This document shows, piece after piece, positions 1-13,730 of a DNA stretch of 64,000 nucleotides. The stretch spans positions 1,054,001-1,118,000 of the forward strand of contig JAAOMT010000295.1 of NCBI GenBank assembly GCA_016748015.1, read 5' to 3'. The position numbers were made by a program, and so were the translations under genes. Source of the DNA: Geosiphon pyriformis uo1. Lineage: Eukaryota; Fungi; Glomeromycota. The notes beneath the pieces are model-generated. The model was not told the origin of the DNA. It saw only the letters and a list, made by a program, of their open reading frames with translations, and did not search any database. Numbering within the stretch: the stretch's first letter is position 1; each line of letters opens with the position of its first letter.

Positions 1-1599
1 ATGTCTTAAAAAATTATTATTATAAATTATAAGTTCAGATTTAATAATTTTTGAAAAGTGGTTTTTTTCTTGGAATTTATTTTACATTAGTTAAAAAATA
101 ATTGCAATTTAGAAATATTTATTTTCTGTATTTGGAATAACTTAAAAAATTAATAAAAAATTATTCAAATAAGTAAAAAAATAGCAATCAATTAAAAAGA
201 ATTAACTTAAATAATAAAAATTTGGTTATATATTTTGCAAAAAATAATTATTTAATAAACAATATTTGTAATTAAATTTAAGAAATGCAAAAAGAAAACA
301 TAAAACTGTAACAATAGCACTATTTTTTATTAAAAAGTATAGATTTTTTTACATTTTTTTTGTAATATCTTAAAACTTATTTTTTTTATTTTGAAAAAAT
401 TTATTTATTAGCACATATAATAATTGAACTTAAAAAGCTAATTTTGTATTTTTTTAAAGAAATGTTTTCACTGTCATTAAATAGGCAAAAAATAAATTAA
501 GTAATAATAAAAAACATAGATCTAATAAATATAATACATAAAAATTTCAGATATTTTTTATTTTAAATAATACTTTTTAAAAAAATATTTATTTAAATAA
601 AAATTTAAGACAAGATACATTTTTGAATTAGAAATGTTCATTAAAATCAATTCAGTTTTATATGTTATAACCAAAAGTTACAGTAAAATTTAATTTTTTT
701 GTATATATATATATATATATATATATGTTAATATTTATAATCTTATTTTTTATTTTAATAATAACATTTTTTACAAATTACTTACCAATACACTTGGTTA
801 ATAACAAAATACAAATTTTAAAAATATTTATATTTGCAATTAAAACTAAAAATTTTTAATTTTTATTTCCAAGAATTTATTAATTAAGTTTATTAATAAA
901 ACAAATAATAACTAATATATAATTTTGTTAAATTAGCAAGAAAAAAATTATTTTTTAAAAATATTATAATTAAATATTTTTTACTTTTTTTATTTTTCGT
1001 AAGAAATATTCTATTATTTTTCTGTATATATATTGTTTCAATTTAATCCAATTCTTTAAGGATTTATTTTTCTATGTTTGTCTTGACAATATTTTACAAC
1101 TTTTTTAAAAAAATTAATTGTAGAACCAGTTTATAACTTATTGCATTGTTTTTTTAAACAATCTTATTAATGTGTTTAAAAAAAACATTTATTATTAAAA
1201 GTTAAGAAATAAAATAATTTATTAATAACATAAAACTTTTAAGAAAATAATAAATATATATATAAATATTTTTTAAAAACCCAATTTTGAAAATTTGAAA
1301 ATTTTCAGGTAAATTTTTGATTAAATACTTATTAGCACCCATATTTTTTTTAATTATATTATATTGAATTATGTTTAACTTTTTTAAGATTGATTACCAT
1401 TATTTTTGTATTATTTAAAAAAATATAAAAGTTGAGTCGTCAATTAATTTTTGGATAAGTTTTCAAATGGACGCTTTTTTAAAAATATTAAACATTAAAA
1501 AAACATATTTGGAAAATATCTACATCATAGTTAATATTTGATATGGAATATGGGGTCACAACAAAAGACTTTTTACGACTCTCCAACATAATAATATTG

Positions 1600-2303
1600 T
1601 TGTGTAAAAAAAATTACACAGTTAAACGAAATTGACAAAGGGAAGATTTTGATATACATGGAAACCATAAATCTCGTTAAAATCGCAAAAATGCTTGGAC
1701 GTGAGCCCACAATTATACGACCCATTATTTACAAGCAGCAAAGAACGAGAAAAAGTGAAAATTGACCACACCACAAATTCTCAGCAACAATGAAAAAAAG
1801 ATTTATTATTGTGTAAAGCCAAGGAAAAACGACATCACTTTACGAAATTTTCAACAATTTGGATCTACAAATCTAGTTTTTCAAGTGCTGCAAATGCACT
1901 CGACTTCATTTATGTATCGCAGCAAAAAAGCCTTATATCTCAGAAATGCTGCCTATACTCGTTTTAGTTAGTGCGAGTAAAATATCTTCTCTGATGAGAC
2001 ACAAGTATAGAAATTGGGAAGCAATAACGATAGCCAAGGGTTGACGGTACATTGGAGAAAAATTGAATAATAATTGCTTGGCGCCTACTTTCAAAAGTGG
2101 GACGAAAATCCGTAATGGTTTGAGGGTGTTTTGCAGGGGGATTCAAAGGAATATTAGTATTTGTGATGAATAACAAAAACTTGAAGTCTTTCTGAGGAGT
2201 AATGGGAGAAATTCGATACCTCTATTCTCGAAGGAGTTATTGCCTTAATGCCAAGAAGGATTGAAGCAGTATTAGAGTCAAATAGAGTGCTTAGAAATTA
2301 TAA
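1600..2303 (+). mobile_element. Degenerate Tc1/mariner transposase remnant (copy A), internally deleted
   Basis: Manual translation across frameshifts and stops gives LNEIDKGKILIYMETI..KMLGREPTIIR (HTH-like), IFSDET (first catalytic D), CLAPTFKSG..SVMV*GCFAGGFKG and WEKFDTSILEGVIALMPRRIEAVL (Tc1 C-terminus). It is clearly homologous to 58705-59400 on the minus strand. Ends are approximate. Confidence 0.8.
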
Positions 2304-3240
2304 TTTTTTATTTGGTGGATAAATTCTAAAAAAATTAAGTAAATCAAAATTTTTTTGTCCAATTTGAATCAGGAGTGACAAATATGTATTCTATTCAGAT
2401 GAAAATAAGAAAATTTCAAATAATTTCTGGATAAAAAGTTAATTACAAGAATAATTATTCAAAACTCAGTGGGGTAAAATTGTCCAGGATTTTCTGTAAT
2501 AGATGTATTATAAGAGTTACAGGTATCCAAGATTTTTCCAATGTTCTTGGTTAAATTATTTGTTAACATGTATTAGGAATGTGTAAGGATTGACTCATGA
2601 AGTGAAAATGCCAAGAAACTCAAATGTTTAGATAACACTTTATTTCGATAGAATCGTCAGAGAATTATGCCTATTGTCAGGAAAAAACTGTAGTAAAAGA
2701 AGAAACTTTCATCAAAATCACAAGTGATCGAAAAGAACAGAATTAATCATATGGTTTGTAAATAAATACGCATACCTTTGACAGAAACATTCGATTTTTC
2801 ACGTATCTATGATTATCATTCTCGGCAACCAAATAATAAATACTGTAACACATCTTTTTTACTTCTTGGAAATCTTTCTATATTACTGATATTAAACACG
2901 TTTCAAACCTATTTTGAAACTTGTTTTATTTAATTAAATTTAGTTATCAACCATATGTAGAAAAAAAAAAGCATATTTTCAAAAATATTTAAACACATGG
3001 CGTTAATTTGAATAATAATAATAATAATAATAATAATTTGATTAGATTAAAAAAAAGATATACAATACTAATAATAAGTTTTCTCACCATAAATAAAAAA
3101 AAAGTCTTCTAAAGAACAAGTAGAACAGGGAGAACAAGAACGGAAGTTTTTATTCAAATTCCAAATTAAATAGGTTTTAATAATTGGATTAATGAGCTGA
3201 AAATTTTTAATTTTCTATTACTCAAAAATATAAATTAGAG

Positions 3241-3317
3241 ACTACCACTACTACTACTACTACTATTACTACCACTAATACTATTATTACTACTATTACT
3301 ACCACTAATACTATTAT

Positions 3318-3394
<77 letters not shown>

Positions 3395-3410
3395 TCACTA
3401 CTACTATCAC

Positions 3411-3452
<42 letters not shown>
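3241..3452. repeat. Compound (ACT)n/(ATT)n trinucleotide microsatellite; resumes at 4102-4208 after the hAT insertion
   Basis: Directly visible. It produces the spurious poly-Val ORF 3222..3410. Confidence 0.95.
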
Positions 3453-3454
<2 letters not shown>

Positions 3455-4101
3455 GTGATGTTCGCTGGAACGTCCAGTGGGATTTACTGGAATTGGAATG
3501 TCACTGGACCCGACTGGATGGACGTCCAGTGATGTCCAGTGGCTTGGCAAAATTTTTTCTCTATTAAAATGTACCCATCGATGAGGTTGCCGATGAGTCT
3601 ACCGATGAACCTACTAACGAACTAAATGAATATAGGATGGATAATGAACAAGACGAATTGCAAGATATCGAACCATCAAGTATAATAACCCCCGATGATT
3701 GGGAAAATCAATTGCGTGACTGGGAACAGATGTTAATAGATGAGGAGATTGCCAGATTAGAAGATGAAAAGGCAGAACGTGATAATAATGGCAATATGGA
3801 AGGTGATTTGTTAAGTAATTACAGACACCCAGCAATAGATAACAGGGCAAAATGGGAACTGAGTAGTATATTTGGTTTATTGTTTCAAAAACCAAATTTT
3901 ATAAATAATAACAATTAGTTTTCGCTATTAATGTATACAATTTTATTGGTTACATTATTTACTATGTTTACATTTTGATTGGTTAACATTATATTGGTTC
4001 CAGTGGAATAATTGTTCCAGTGAGAGTTTCCACTGGAATTACTGGAACTCTGGAAAAATCTGGACGTCCAGTGGAATTCCAGAAGTCCAGTGCCAACACT
4101 G
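3453..4101 (+). mobile_element. Non-autonomous hAT-family DNA transposon (deletion derivative, 649 bp)
   Basis: Ends CAGTG...CACTG with imperfect TIRs (left CAGTGATGTTCGCTGGA; right reverse complement CAGTGTTGGCACTGGA). Identical 8-bp flanks ATTATTAC at 3445-3452 and 4102-4109. Dense subterminal CCAGT/ACTGG repeats at both ends. 8-bp TSDs and subterminal repeats are hAT hallmarks. Confidence 0.85.
3637..3918 (+). CDS. 93-aa acidic ORF inside the hAT element; probably the C-terminal remnant of a hAT transposase
   Basis: ORF track. It ends HPAIDNRAKWELSSIFGLLFQKPNFI, resembling the HPAxDxxAKWxLxxxF tail I recall from Glomeromycotina hAT/BED-finger transposases. No catalytic domain. Confidence 0.5.
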   Translation: MDNEQDELQDIEPSSIITPDDWENQLRDWEQMLIDEEIARLEDEKAERDNNGNMEGDLLSNYRHPAIDNRAKWELSSIFGLLFQKPNFINNNN

Positions 4102-4956
4102 ATTATTACTATTACTACTACTATTACTAGTACTATTACTACTAATATTACTACTATTATTACTATTACTACTAATATTACTACTATTATTACTATTACT
4201 ATTACTAATGAATCATTGATCAGGGATAATTAACTAAATAAGGATAAGCCACGATTATCATGCAATTGATTTATAATTTCGGTAAGTACGTACACTGACT
4301 AAAACTCGATCGCATGACAAATTTACCCGCAAATTGAAATCGGAATTATTTTAAATATATATGTACTCCTTCTTATTGAAGCCTGATTAAATGTAATAAT
4401 ACCTTTTTTTAATTTCCTCGGCGAAAATGTCAAAAGATAATGGATTTACTAGATTAAGTAAAAAAATAAAATTATCACCATATATTTTGTTTCGGTTTAT
4501 TTATATTGTATAAAACTTAAAGTGGCCTAGCGAGTTTTCTTAAACTCAATTTTTTCTCGAGACAATTAAATAATTTAATCATATTAAGCATAAACAAAAA
4601 ATTTCACTTTCTATTTCTCCGTGTCTTTAATGTTGATCTACGAATAAATTTTTTTCGGCGAAATATTAAAGTTAAACACCGATGATAGGACAAATTGTAT
4701 ATCGATATTACTTTTCAGTGTGAAGGTTACAATTTTTGGTGATCGTGTATTTCCATATTGCCATGATACTTGCTAATTGAGTTTGTATAAATATTGGAGC
4801 TTTTTTTCAATTTACATCATATTTTTTTACTTTCTGATAGCTATTTCTTTGTCTATTAAAGATCAATTATTTGTTAAAAAATAACAAAATCATTTCCTTA
4901 TCAAAAATAGATTTTTATCCTTCCACATCGTCAAATATACAAGTAAAAGCTTCAAA

Positions 4957-6673
4957 ATGAGTTTAAATTCATCTAAATCAAAATATAAGTTATTTATATT
5001 CTTCATCTATATATTATTTCTAATACATTTTAAAGGTATCATCATTAGTTCATACTGATAAAATCTCCCTATTTATTCGTCTAATTAATCATCACTATTT
5101 ATTTTTCTAGATGTAAACGCTCAATCAACTTTCTGCGACAAAGATACAAATTTTTGTTTTAAAATAGAATTACCATCAAACTCGGCGGCGAAAAATGGAA
5201 GCTCAACTAATAACTATGCTACATTTACTTTAACTGCTCCTTCCACTATTGGGTAAGTCAAATATTTAAATAGAAAATTTTAATTTTCTTGAAATCTTTT
5301 TTTAATTTCAATTTCATGTTGCCAAATATATTATTTAAACTTTTTTAAATTAAAATATTGTTTCCTCGTCAAAGATGGACTGCTATAGGAATTGGAGAGA
5401 GTATGAATGGCGCGTATATGATGGTAAATTTTTAAAAATATTTAAAAATGTTTCATCCATTTCTTTTGCAATTTATATAAAGAATTTCTCTAATCCTATA
5501 ATTATTAAAACTATATATTTTAGATTGCATGGCCAAATAGTGATGGCACAATCACTATTTCCCAACGAAAATCGACAAGCTATTATCCGGAATCAACCAA
5601 AAATCAGGATGATCTCATTCTTCATCCTTCAAGTAATATTAAAAATGGTCAGATGACTGCAGTAATACAAAGGGCATTATCAGTTCAAGGTTCTACTCTC
5701 ACCACGTCATCCGCGGGTCAATCATTTATATGGGCTGTCTCAAATATAAATCCGAAAAGTAAAACTGAAAATGCTGATTTAGAAAAGCATAATTCTAAAG
5801 GACAAGAAAAAATTGTGTTACAGAAAGCCACCGCCAATAATAATAATAATAATAATAATGGGGGGACAATTATTACTTTAGCTTCTAAATCAGGGCTGAC
5901 AAAAACTCAAAAGTTGGTAATTGCTCATGGTAGGAATTTCAAAAAATTTTTTTACAAGATTTATCGAAAATTTAAAATTTATATCATTTTTCCTTCTTAC
6001 TTTTCTAGGATCTTTCATGTTCTTGGCATGGATGGTGGCAGTTCCTTCCGCTATATTTATCGCTCGTTTTGGTCGTGTCACATTTGCCTCCTCATGGTTT
6101 CACTTACATTGGGGTATTCAAGTTTTCGGCACAATGATTTTCGCAATCATTGGGTATACTATAATTAGAATTCAAAATTTTAGCTGGGGGTCAAAATATA
6201 GTAATTCTCATGTGGTGAGACTTTGATTTTAATTCATTAATATTCTAATTTCAAGTTCAATTTTTATAAGTTTTTTACTAATCTTACTGAGCTTTTTCTT
6301 TTTAGATAATTGGGAACATAATTTTCTGGGGCATTTTTGGTCAGCTGTTGATTGGTATAATACATCATAAATTATTTAAAGCTGATCGAGGTTATATTCC
6401 ATGGTGGACTAAACTTCATTGGTATGTAAATTTGGACTTTTGATGAAAGAGTTTTTCCGATCAAAATATTGATTTTAAATTTCTTTTAATTTAAAAAGGT
6501 GGGTAGGCCGTGCACTATTCATATTAGCTCTATTTCAAATCGTACTTGGTTTCAAAATCTATGGCGTTTCGACTGGTATATATATCGCATATTTCATCTA
6601 CATCGGTATCGTTCTGTTGGCATTTTTCGCGGGATCAATTCGTTTGATGCTTAAAAACAAGTCAAAACATTAG
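4957..6673 (+). CDS. DOMON + cytochrome b561 (CYBDOM) membrane protein, 7 exons, ~390 aa
   Basis: Exons 4957-5035, 5111-5252, 5375-5423, 5524-5929, 6009-6214, 6306-6421, 6499-6673; all introns are GT-AG and the frame is consistent. N-terminal hydrophobic signal, DOMON motif GWTAIGIGESMNGAYMMIAWPNSDGTITISQR, and TM helices with four b561 heme His (IAHG, FHLHW, NSHV, KLHW). Confidence 0.9.
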
Positions 6674-7773
6674 TTTGAGTTGATAAATGTAGTATAGTGA
6701 TTAATGTTCCATGGTTTAAGTTAATGAGAAAATCATGAAAATTTTGAGATGGCTTCTACGGTTCAAACGATAAATTGGGAAATTTCTGTTAAAAAATTCT
6801 AATCTTCTTGATAACATGTAATTTTATTTATATTATACAAAAATTCATTATCGAATGCCTTTATTTAATAATATTCTATAGAAAAATTTTTCCATCTAAA
6901 TAAGTAAGTTTTTGAAAAGTAAAGCTATTTTATTTTGAACAAAACTAATGTATCAATTTTTTATCAGTTACTGGAGTTAAATCTTTGAATAAGCGAGTAT
7001 TTGGCTCTGAGACAGCAAAGTCTAAAGATCTGTGCTTGTTGAACACTGTGTTTTATGATTCGCTTTATATTCATTGAATTATTTATCGATACATGCTTTT
7101 TAAGCTATGAATCTAATTAGATTGGATTTAAATATGAAAAATGAAGCTTTTTTCTAATTGTTATAATAAATAACTTGGGAACATAAGAGTTTTGATAAAG
7201 AAAATGGTTGTGAGTTTATATTTTTTTGCTAATTCATAATATTTTAATCTTTGATACAATTGTTAAAAATATATTTAATAATAATTTTATAGATAAATTT
7301 GAAAACAAAAAATTAATTATATCAAGTTATCTAACATTATAAATTTAATTTTTTATATATCAATTTTGAAAATGATAAAACTATAATATTTTTAAATTTG
7401 AATATGATCAATTGAAAATTGTATAATAAAAACAGATTTAATTTTAAATTAGTTCATTTCAAATAGTATTATCTAAAAGATTGTGGTAAATCACAATGAT
7501 ATGTATAGTAAAAATAACTTGTATAAAATTTTCGAAATTTTTATATCAACTAGTAGCAGATTATGATTGACGGAATTATTTTGCACATTCTCACAAAAGG
7601 ATTTTAATTAATGCTTAGTTTTTCGAAAGTTTCAAATTTTTATCATTGGTCGAATTTATATTAAATTTGATTTAAAGTTCCGAAAAATTTTGCATTACAA
7701 AAATTTAAACTCTTTTTATATAAATGAAAGATTTTTTTTCATTAATTATTCATACACTCTCATTTAAATATTC

Positions 7774-7813
<40 letters not shown>

Positions 7814-8920
7814 TTTTTTTTAACTGAAATCTCAAATATTTTAATTAATTTTTTATAATTGTGAAACTCTTTGAATTTTTGTATTATTAAGTCAGATAAA
7901 TAAGGTATTAGCACTGATATTACATAAAATTACTTATAATTTTATTCATTTAAAATGAAAATTTTTAGATTTATGAGTTTTTTATTATTAAATCTGTTTT
8001 GAATAGTACTAAAAATAAAAAATTAATCGCTGTATAACACAAAACAAATATTTATTGTCAAATTATTTCCAAAATCATTAGCTGTAATTTATTCACAATT
8101 ACTAAAACACTTAAATATAATTTTAATTTGCCAATAGATTTTAGAGACATCAAATAATATTGTTATAAATATAAGTTTAAATCATTTAGAAAATGTAGTA
8201 TTTTTAATGCATTAGATAGTAATAAAAATGATTTATTATAAGAATTTAATATAAATTATAAATTTAATATTTAGTTGGTCTTTCTTGTGTTGCAACTACT
8301 GCTTGAATTTGTTTAGACATACTATTAATCAACTTTACAATTGTTTGATTTATAAATTGACTTTTATGCTTTTTTATAATATTTATAAAGTTCCTTAATT
8401 CATTTTTTATACAAAAATTATGTTTGATTATAACTTAAAAATTTTCAATCTTTTTGAAATCTGGATTTTGAAGAGCCAAGAAAGAATATGCAATTTTTTT
8501 TCAATATGAATCGTCAATTATTATTTTTTCCTCGTTTTGTTTTTGCAAAAAAATAGAATATAAAAAAATTACTGTATTTAAATAAATGATATACTTGTTC
8601 ATAAACTTTTTATAGAACAAAAAAGTAAATGAAATTTTATTAAAATTATTTTTAAAAAAAGGCTTGCATTATTCAACTTTTTTTAAAGTTTTAATATTTA
8701 AAAAGGGAAATATATAGTACTATAATTTGTTTTTCAATTTTTTCAAATATTTTAAGTATTGTCAATTATTTTATTATTTGATTATTAATTAAATTTGATA
8801 TATTCAAATAAAAAATTTAATTTAACAAACAAAAATTTAATTTCAAGTATAATTGTTATTATCTTTGAAAAATAATTAATAAATGTATTGAAATACAATA
8901 AATTGAAAATAACAATTGTA

Positions 8921-9011
8921 TACCGTAAAGTCCCGAAAGTAAGAAACTCTTATTTGATTAATTTTGTACCGAATTTTGAAGATGATTGCTTGTTCTCGAG
9001 ACTTTACAGTA
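8921..9011. mobile_element. 91-bp MITE with ~23-bp imperfect terminal inverted repeats including terminal TA
   Basis: Left TACCGTAAAGTCCCGAAAGTAAG; right reverse complement TACTGTAAAGTCTCGAGAACAAG (18/23 match, all mismatches are transitions). TA ends fit the Tc1/pogo superfamily. Confidence 0.65.
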
Positions 9012-11303
9012 TGGGTCACACTGTAAAGTAACCTTAGGGGTTAAAAACTCTCAGCACCAGCTATTATTGGTTTAATTTAATAATAGCGGGAAATTTTTTT
9101 ATCTAAATCGTAAATTTATGCTGATGAATAAAAAATCTGACGTTATTGACACAAACCAAAAAATACTCAAAACATCATGGCTAGCGTTGAAGATATCAAA
9201 CGTCAATTAGAAATGGCTACGACCGAGTATAGAAGATAGCATTTTGCATGTATTAAGGTTTTTTTATTGTCCTAATTACGTTAAAAAAAACTGAAATTCA
9301 TTATAAAGAACAATAAGAGGCGCTCGTCGATATAATTCGGGGAAAGGGTACTCGTGTTGCATGTACGCAGCGAAGTGATGGAGACAAGCCCTCGACGAAA
9401 TTTATAGTCACAAGGGGTAGAGTCAGATGAAAATGAGACAGTGTTTGAAAATTTGATGAGACCGATAATTTATGAAAAAATTAAAAAAGGTTGAGCATTG
9501 TTTTGTTAAAAAAAAAGAATTCAGTCTTAAAAATTTCAATTGTCAAAGCAAAACCAATCTACTAAATTAATAAAACATAATTATTAATATTATAATTAAA
9601 TTCTGATCAAAGATAATAAATTCTAATTGCCAATAATTTTATTATATTTTACATGTTAGCAAATAATTTGTTTAAAACACATAAATTATAATAATAAAAA
9701 AATGTAGAAAATAATAAAATTTTTAAATCATTTTTTATTTACCAGTTATAATTATTTTATAAAAAAAAAATAACACAAAAATCAATAATTGATTAAATTA
9801 TAATATATATTATTTTTGCAATTTCAAACAATTAATCATTGAATCAAAAAAATATAAATATTAAATTTAATAATAACTAAAATTCATCTTTCTCAAGCTG
9901 ATGTTTATCTTAGCCAGAATAAAATGTGTTTCGTCAAACTAAATGTTTAAATTAACTTATAAATACTGTAAAAAATCAAACTTTCAAAAATATAAGTTAT
10001 TTTATTAATTTAATTATTAATTTTATTATTTAATACATGTATAAAACTATTATTAAAAACTGAAAAGTCAATTATTTAGAAAATATAATATTGAAATAAA
10101 ATATTATTTTAAAAGTTTTCAACTGAAAAGTAAAGTGTTAATTTATTGTTTAATAACCTTGATTGATTCAAATTCCACATGTTTTTCACGTGATTTTTTA
10201 ATATAATCATCTTTCAATTAATTGGCTTTTGAATTATTAATGATTTTTCATTTCTCGTTTCAAAAAAAAAAAGAGACCTCAGCTGACTTAAATTCAGCTG
10301 TTTAAGAGAAATTTTCTTTAACCTGAAACTAACCGGTTTTAACGGAATTTCCAATAAAATTTTATGCAACTAATCTTCTAAATGCAACGAAATCTCATGA
10401 TCTTGGCGCTTCTGTGCGCTTTTTATCTTCCTTCTTCCGAAATCTTAAAAAATTTGTGATAGAAAAAAAGCAAATAGAGAAATTCATCCCTTCCTAAATT
10501 CAAATATTATATTTAAATTTTGCTGCGATAAATCCAGACTTTTTTTGGTATATCTAAAGAGATTTCTTAAATGACTAATATTCTTAGGCAGTCTCAACTC
10601 CATGTCCAATCTAATTATGAGAATGGAGACCACATATCTAAAAAGGATTTAGTTTTTGAACGTAACCTAACGGCAATTATGGATTTTCAAAATAAATTTA
10701 TGGAAAAATGTCATAGAGTTTAAACGTGCGATATACGACAAATAAAACTAGTAATTTTATGAAAATATATATGTTATTGTTTTATTGCCAATTTTGAACT
10801 AGCGCAAGTGTAAGTTCAACTTGCTTTTTCTTGTAAAAAATGTAACACCGCAGCAGCACTTGAGGTTAGAAGCCAACCAGAATGTTATTTTTAGAAAATA
10901 TGATCTATTACATTCAAATGATCATCCAAATTTGATATTAAATGAGCGCTTAGTTAAAGTAAATACTTTTATTCTTTGAAAATTTCCTTTTTAAAGTCTA
11001 AAATCCGATATATTTAAATGGAATTAATAACTATATAAACAAATATAGAAATGATGACCTATACGGCAAAAGAAATTTTCTATTTTGGATAATTTTACTA
11101 GGAAAAATTCCATTATAATATTTTATGAAATCAAATCAGAGACACATTAGATTCTCACATGAGGTGAGATAACTTACTCACTCACTCACTCACTAAACTC
11201 TCGTAATGATATCCCGATTTAGAAAGGAGGTGTTTCATTTTAAATTTTAAATTTAACTTGCTCATTTTTGGCAGTAAGCATTTTGCCAAAACTCTCCTCT
11301 GAA

Positions 11304-11954
11304 ATGAATAATGTCAATTTTCAAAGTGAGGATCAATCTCCTTCATGCTCAAACTTTTACGAACCTGATGATAGACCCTTATTTCCACCAGTTTTAGTAG
11401 CTTCTGAATTAGTTACCACAAAAACACCTCCTAATGGATTTTTAACTTACCGTAAGGCTCTTGTTCGAAATCTGAAAGCTAAAGGGAAAAAAATTCATCA
11501 AGCTCGTATCTCACAATTGGCATCTTTTCTCTGGAGCAAAGAGCCAAAACATGTCCAGTCAGCTTATAATGATTTGTCAGAAGAAGTGAGAAAAATTTGG
11601 CTGGAAAGATCAATGCATTCAATTCATCCTTATGATCCAGAAAAAAAAAGAATGAAACATAGAGCTTCAAAGAAAAAAAAATCATCATCAGGAATATATA
11701 AAGAAACACCTTCGGTTCAATGTCTTGATAATGACATTGAACAAGATGCTGCAGCTGATGCTGCGGCTGCTAGCATATCTGAAAACGTATATCGTGAGAT
11801 AAATGATTTCTCTAGCACTATGTCAGATGCCGTACAAACAGATGGAGGCACCGAAGAAGAAAGAATAGATGAGGTGGTGGTATTAAATCTATTTTCACAA
11901 TACCCTCATCAAGACTTTCTTGCAGAGTTAGGACTCTCAATTTATTATTTCTAA
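11304..11954 (+). CDS. HMG-box (MATA_HMG-like) transcription factor, intronless, 216 aa
   Basis: PPNGFLTYRKALVRNLK...ISQLASFLWSKEPKHVQSAYNDLSEEVRK matches the HMG-box pattern, followed by a basic NLS-like tract and an acidic tail. First ATG is at 11304; the track start at 11268 is TTG. Confidence 0.9.
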   Translation: MNNVNFQSEDQSPSCSNFYEPDDRPLFPPVLVASELVTTKTPPNGFLTYRKALVRNLKAKGKKIHQARISQLASFLWSKEPKHVQSAYNDLSEEVRKIWLERSMHSIHPYDPEKKRMKHRASKKKKSSSGIYKETPSVQCLDNDIEQDAAADAAAASISENVYREINDFSSTMSDAVQTDGGTEEERIDEVVVLNLFSQYPHQDFLAELGLSIYYF

Positions 11955-12659
11955 ATTAAAATTTACACCATCATTAAAAATCCAGATCTCAAAGTTTTTT
12001 TCCTTTTTCTTGAAAAAAGTGTCTGATAATTAGTAGATTTCAAATATTTATAATTATAATAAATTACATAAAAATAATAATTTAATATTCCTAAGTAACT
12101 AAAATTCACATAGTTTATTATAGGAATATCAATTTTATTTTATTTTATTTTATTTTATTTCATTTCATTTATGATTAAATATTTTAAGAATTTTTTATTT
12201 TATAAATATTAAATATTGATAATAAAACATAAACCATTTGTAATCAAAAATGAATTTTATATATTTTATGGAAAAAAATTTTTGATGGTTTTTTTACTAA
12301 GAATTAAAATTTATTAAAAATATAAATATTATTGTAATATTATTTTATTGAATACAATTTAATAATCAAATAAAGATTTATAATTATATATGAAATTGAT
12401 TTTTTATAAGTTTTATTTAAAATTAAAACTTTTTACTCCAAAATATTTAAAATATGATTTAAAATTATTAATATATTCAATAATATCATTGTAAATCTTT
12501 TATTTTTATATGCTTCATTTTAATATTTATATTTATTATATGAAATAACATTTACAATTAATAGATTATTAAAATTTTAAAATTTTAATCTTGTTTAAAT
12601 AAATTTCTAATTTTAATAAAAACTATATGAATTTATTAATATTTGGATCCTATCATCGT

Positions 12660-12729
12660 GTGAGTGAGTGAGTGAGTGAGTGAGTGAGTGAGTGAGTGAG
12701 TGAGTGAGTGAGTGAGTGAATGAGTGAGT
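12660..12729. repeat. (GAGT)n tetranucleotide microsatellite
   Basis: Directly visible, about 17 units. Confidence 0.95.
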
Positions 12730-13078
12730 TAATTATTAGTACTATTTTAAAAATAAAACATCAGGTTGTGTTTCATAGCTTCTCATCATAAAGCCTCTAT
12801 GTCATTATTATTTGATCATCAGAAATAGGTTAGCGGTATAAAGGAAAAAAGGAATTCCCATCATAGGAATACGTAATCAGCTAGTTCAGTTTTGTTCTTT
12901 CCCAATCAAACTCTTATCATTGTAAAAAGCTTAATATATCTTTGCTTCTTAAATAAAACAATTACGGTCAGAATTTGCTCATATCTTGAGGCATATATAT
13001 TCCCCACATAGACTGATAATAAAAAGAAAACTCTTGAATATAATCTTTTTTTCATAGCCATATACTCGGCTCAAAAAT

Positions 13079-13730
13079 ATGCTTCGAAGCATTTTAACCA
13101 CTTTGTTGTCGCAGCCAACACCCTATAATGAAATGACAGACAGAGAGGATTTTAATCGAAACCCTGAAAGTTCTGATTGTGTTATAGTTGATAATCCAGA
13201 AAATATTAAGTATATTCGTGAAGATGTACCCCAAGTTCATGGTTTGATGCCGTTGAAAAAACCTGCCTCACCTATCTCCCAAGAATTCCGGGTTATTACG
13301 AAAGATGGTAAGGCTGGTATAATTACTTTTATGATTTATCATTTACTGTCTATTGCTTATTTATAATTTAACTTGAATTCGATGCTTGATCGAAGATCAT
13401 ATCATAGAATTGAGTGATGAACCCAGAATATCGACCAATGCCCTTCATCCCATGTCGCTGCCAATTACCAGAGAAGAATTGTTAAAAAAACATGAGGTTT
13501 TATTTATTTATTTATTAATTTATTAATTTGAAGATTATTTTATCCCTTTCAAAGATTTCGAGGCCATCAATTCTAATCCTCAAAAATACCAATTTTTATC
13601 CTTAAACTAGGAGGCCAAAAAACGACATGAGTTTGAAAGAATTAATGTGGGACAAACAAGTCGTCGTTCAGAAAAAGCAGCTAACGTTGAAAAACCGTTC
13701 CAAAATTTGAGAAAGAATAAGGCAGGATAA
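13079..13730 (+). CDS. Hypothetical protein, 3 exons, ~149 aa
   Basis: Exons 13079-13307, 13396-13496, 13611-13730 join in frame via GT-AG introns and end ...KRHEFERINVGQTSRRSEKAANVEKPFQNLRKNKAG*. No family recognised. Confidence 0.7.

Noticed and set aside
3222-3410. Poly-Val ORF
   Set aside because: Translation of the (ACT)n microsatellite.
3453-4101. CRISPR-like array suggested by recurring CCAGTGG/ACTGG motifs
   Set aside because: Motifs are short, irregularly spaced and in both orientations, and there are no cas genes. They are better explained as hAT subterminal repeats.
9170-9480. Short coding-like stretch MASVEDIKRQLEMATTEYRR* with GC-richer downstream DNA
   Set aside because: Possibly a pseudogene, but it stops early and has no recognisable motif.
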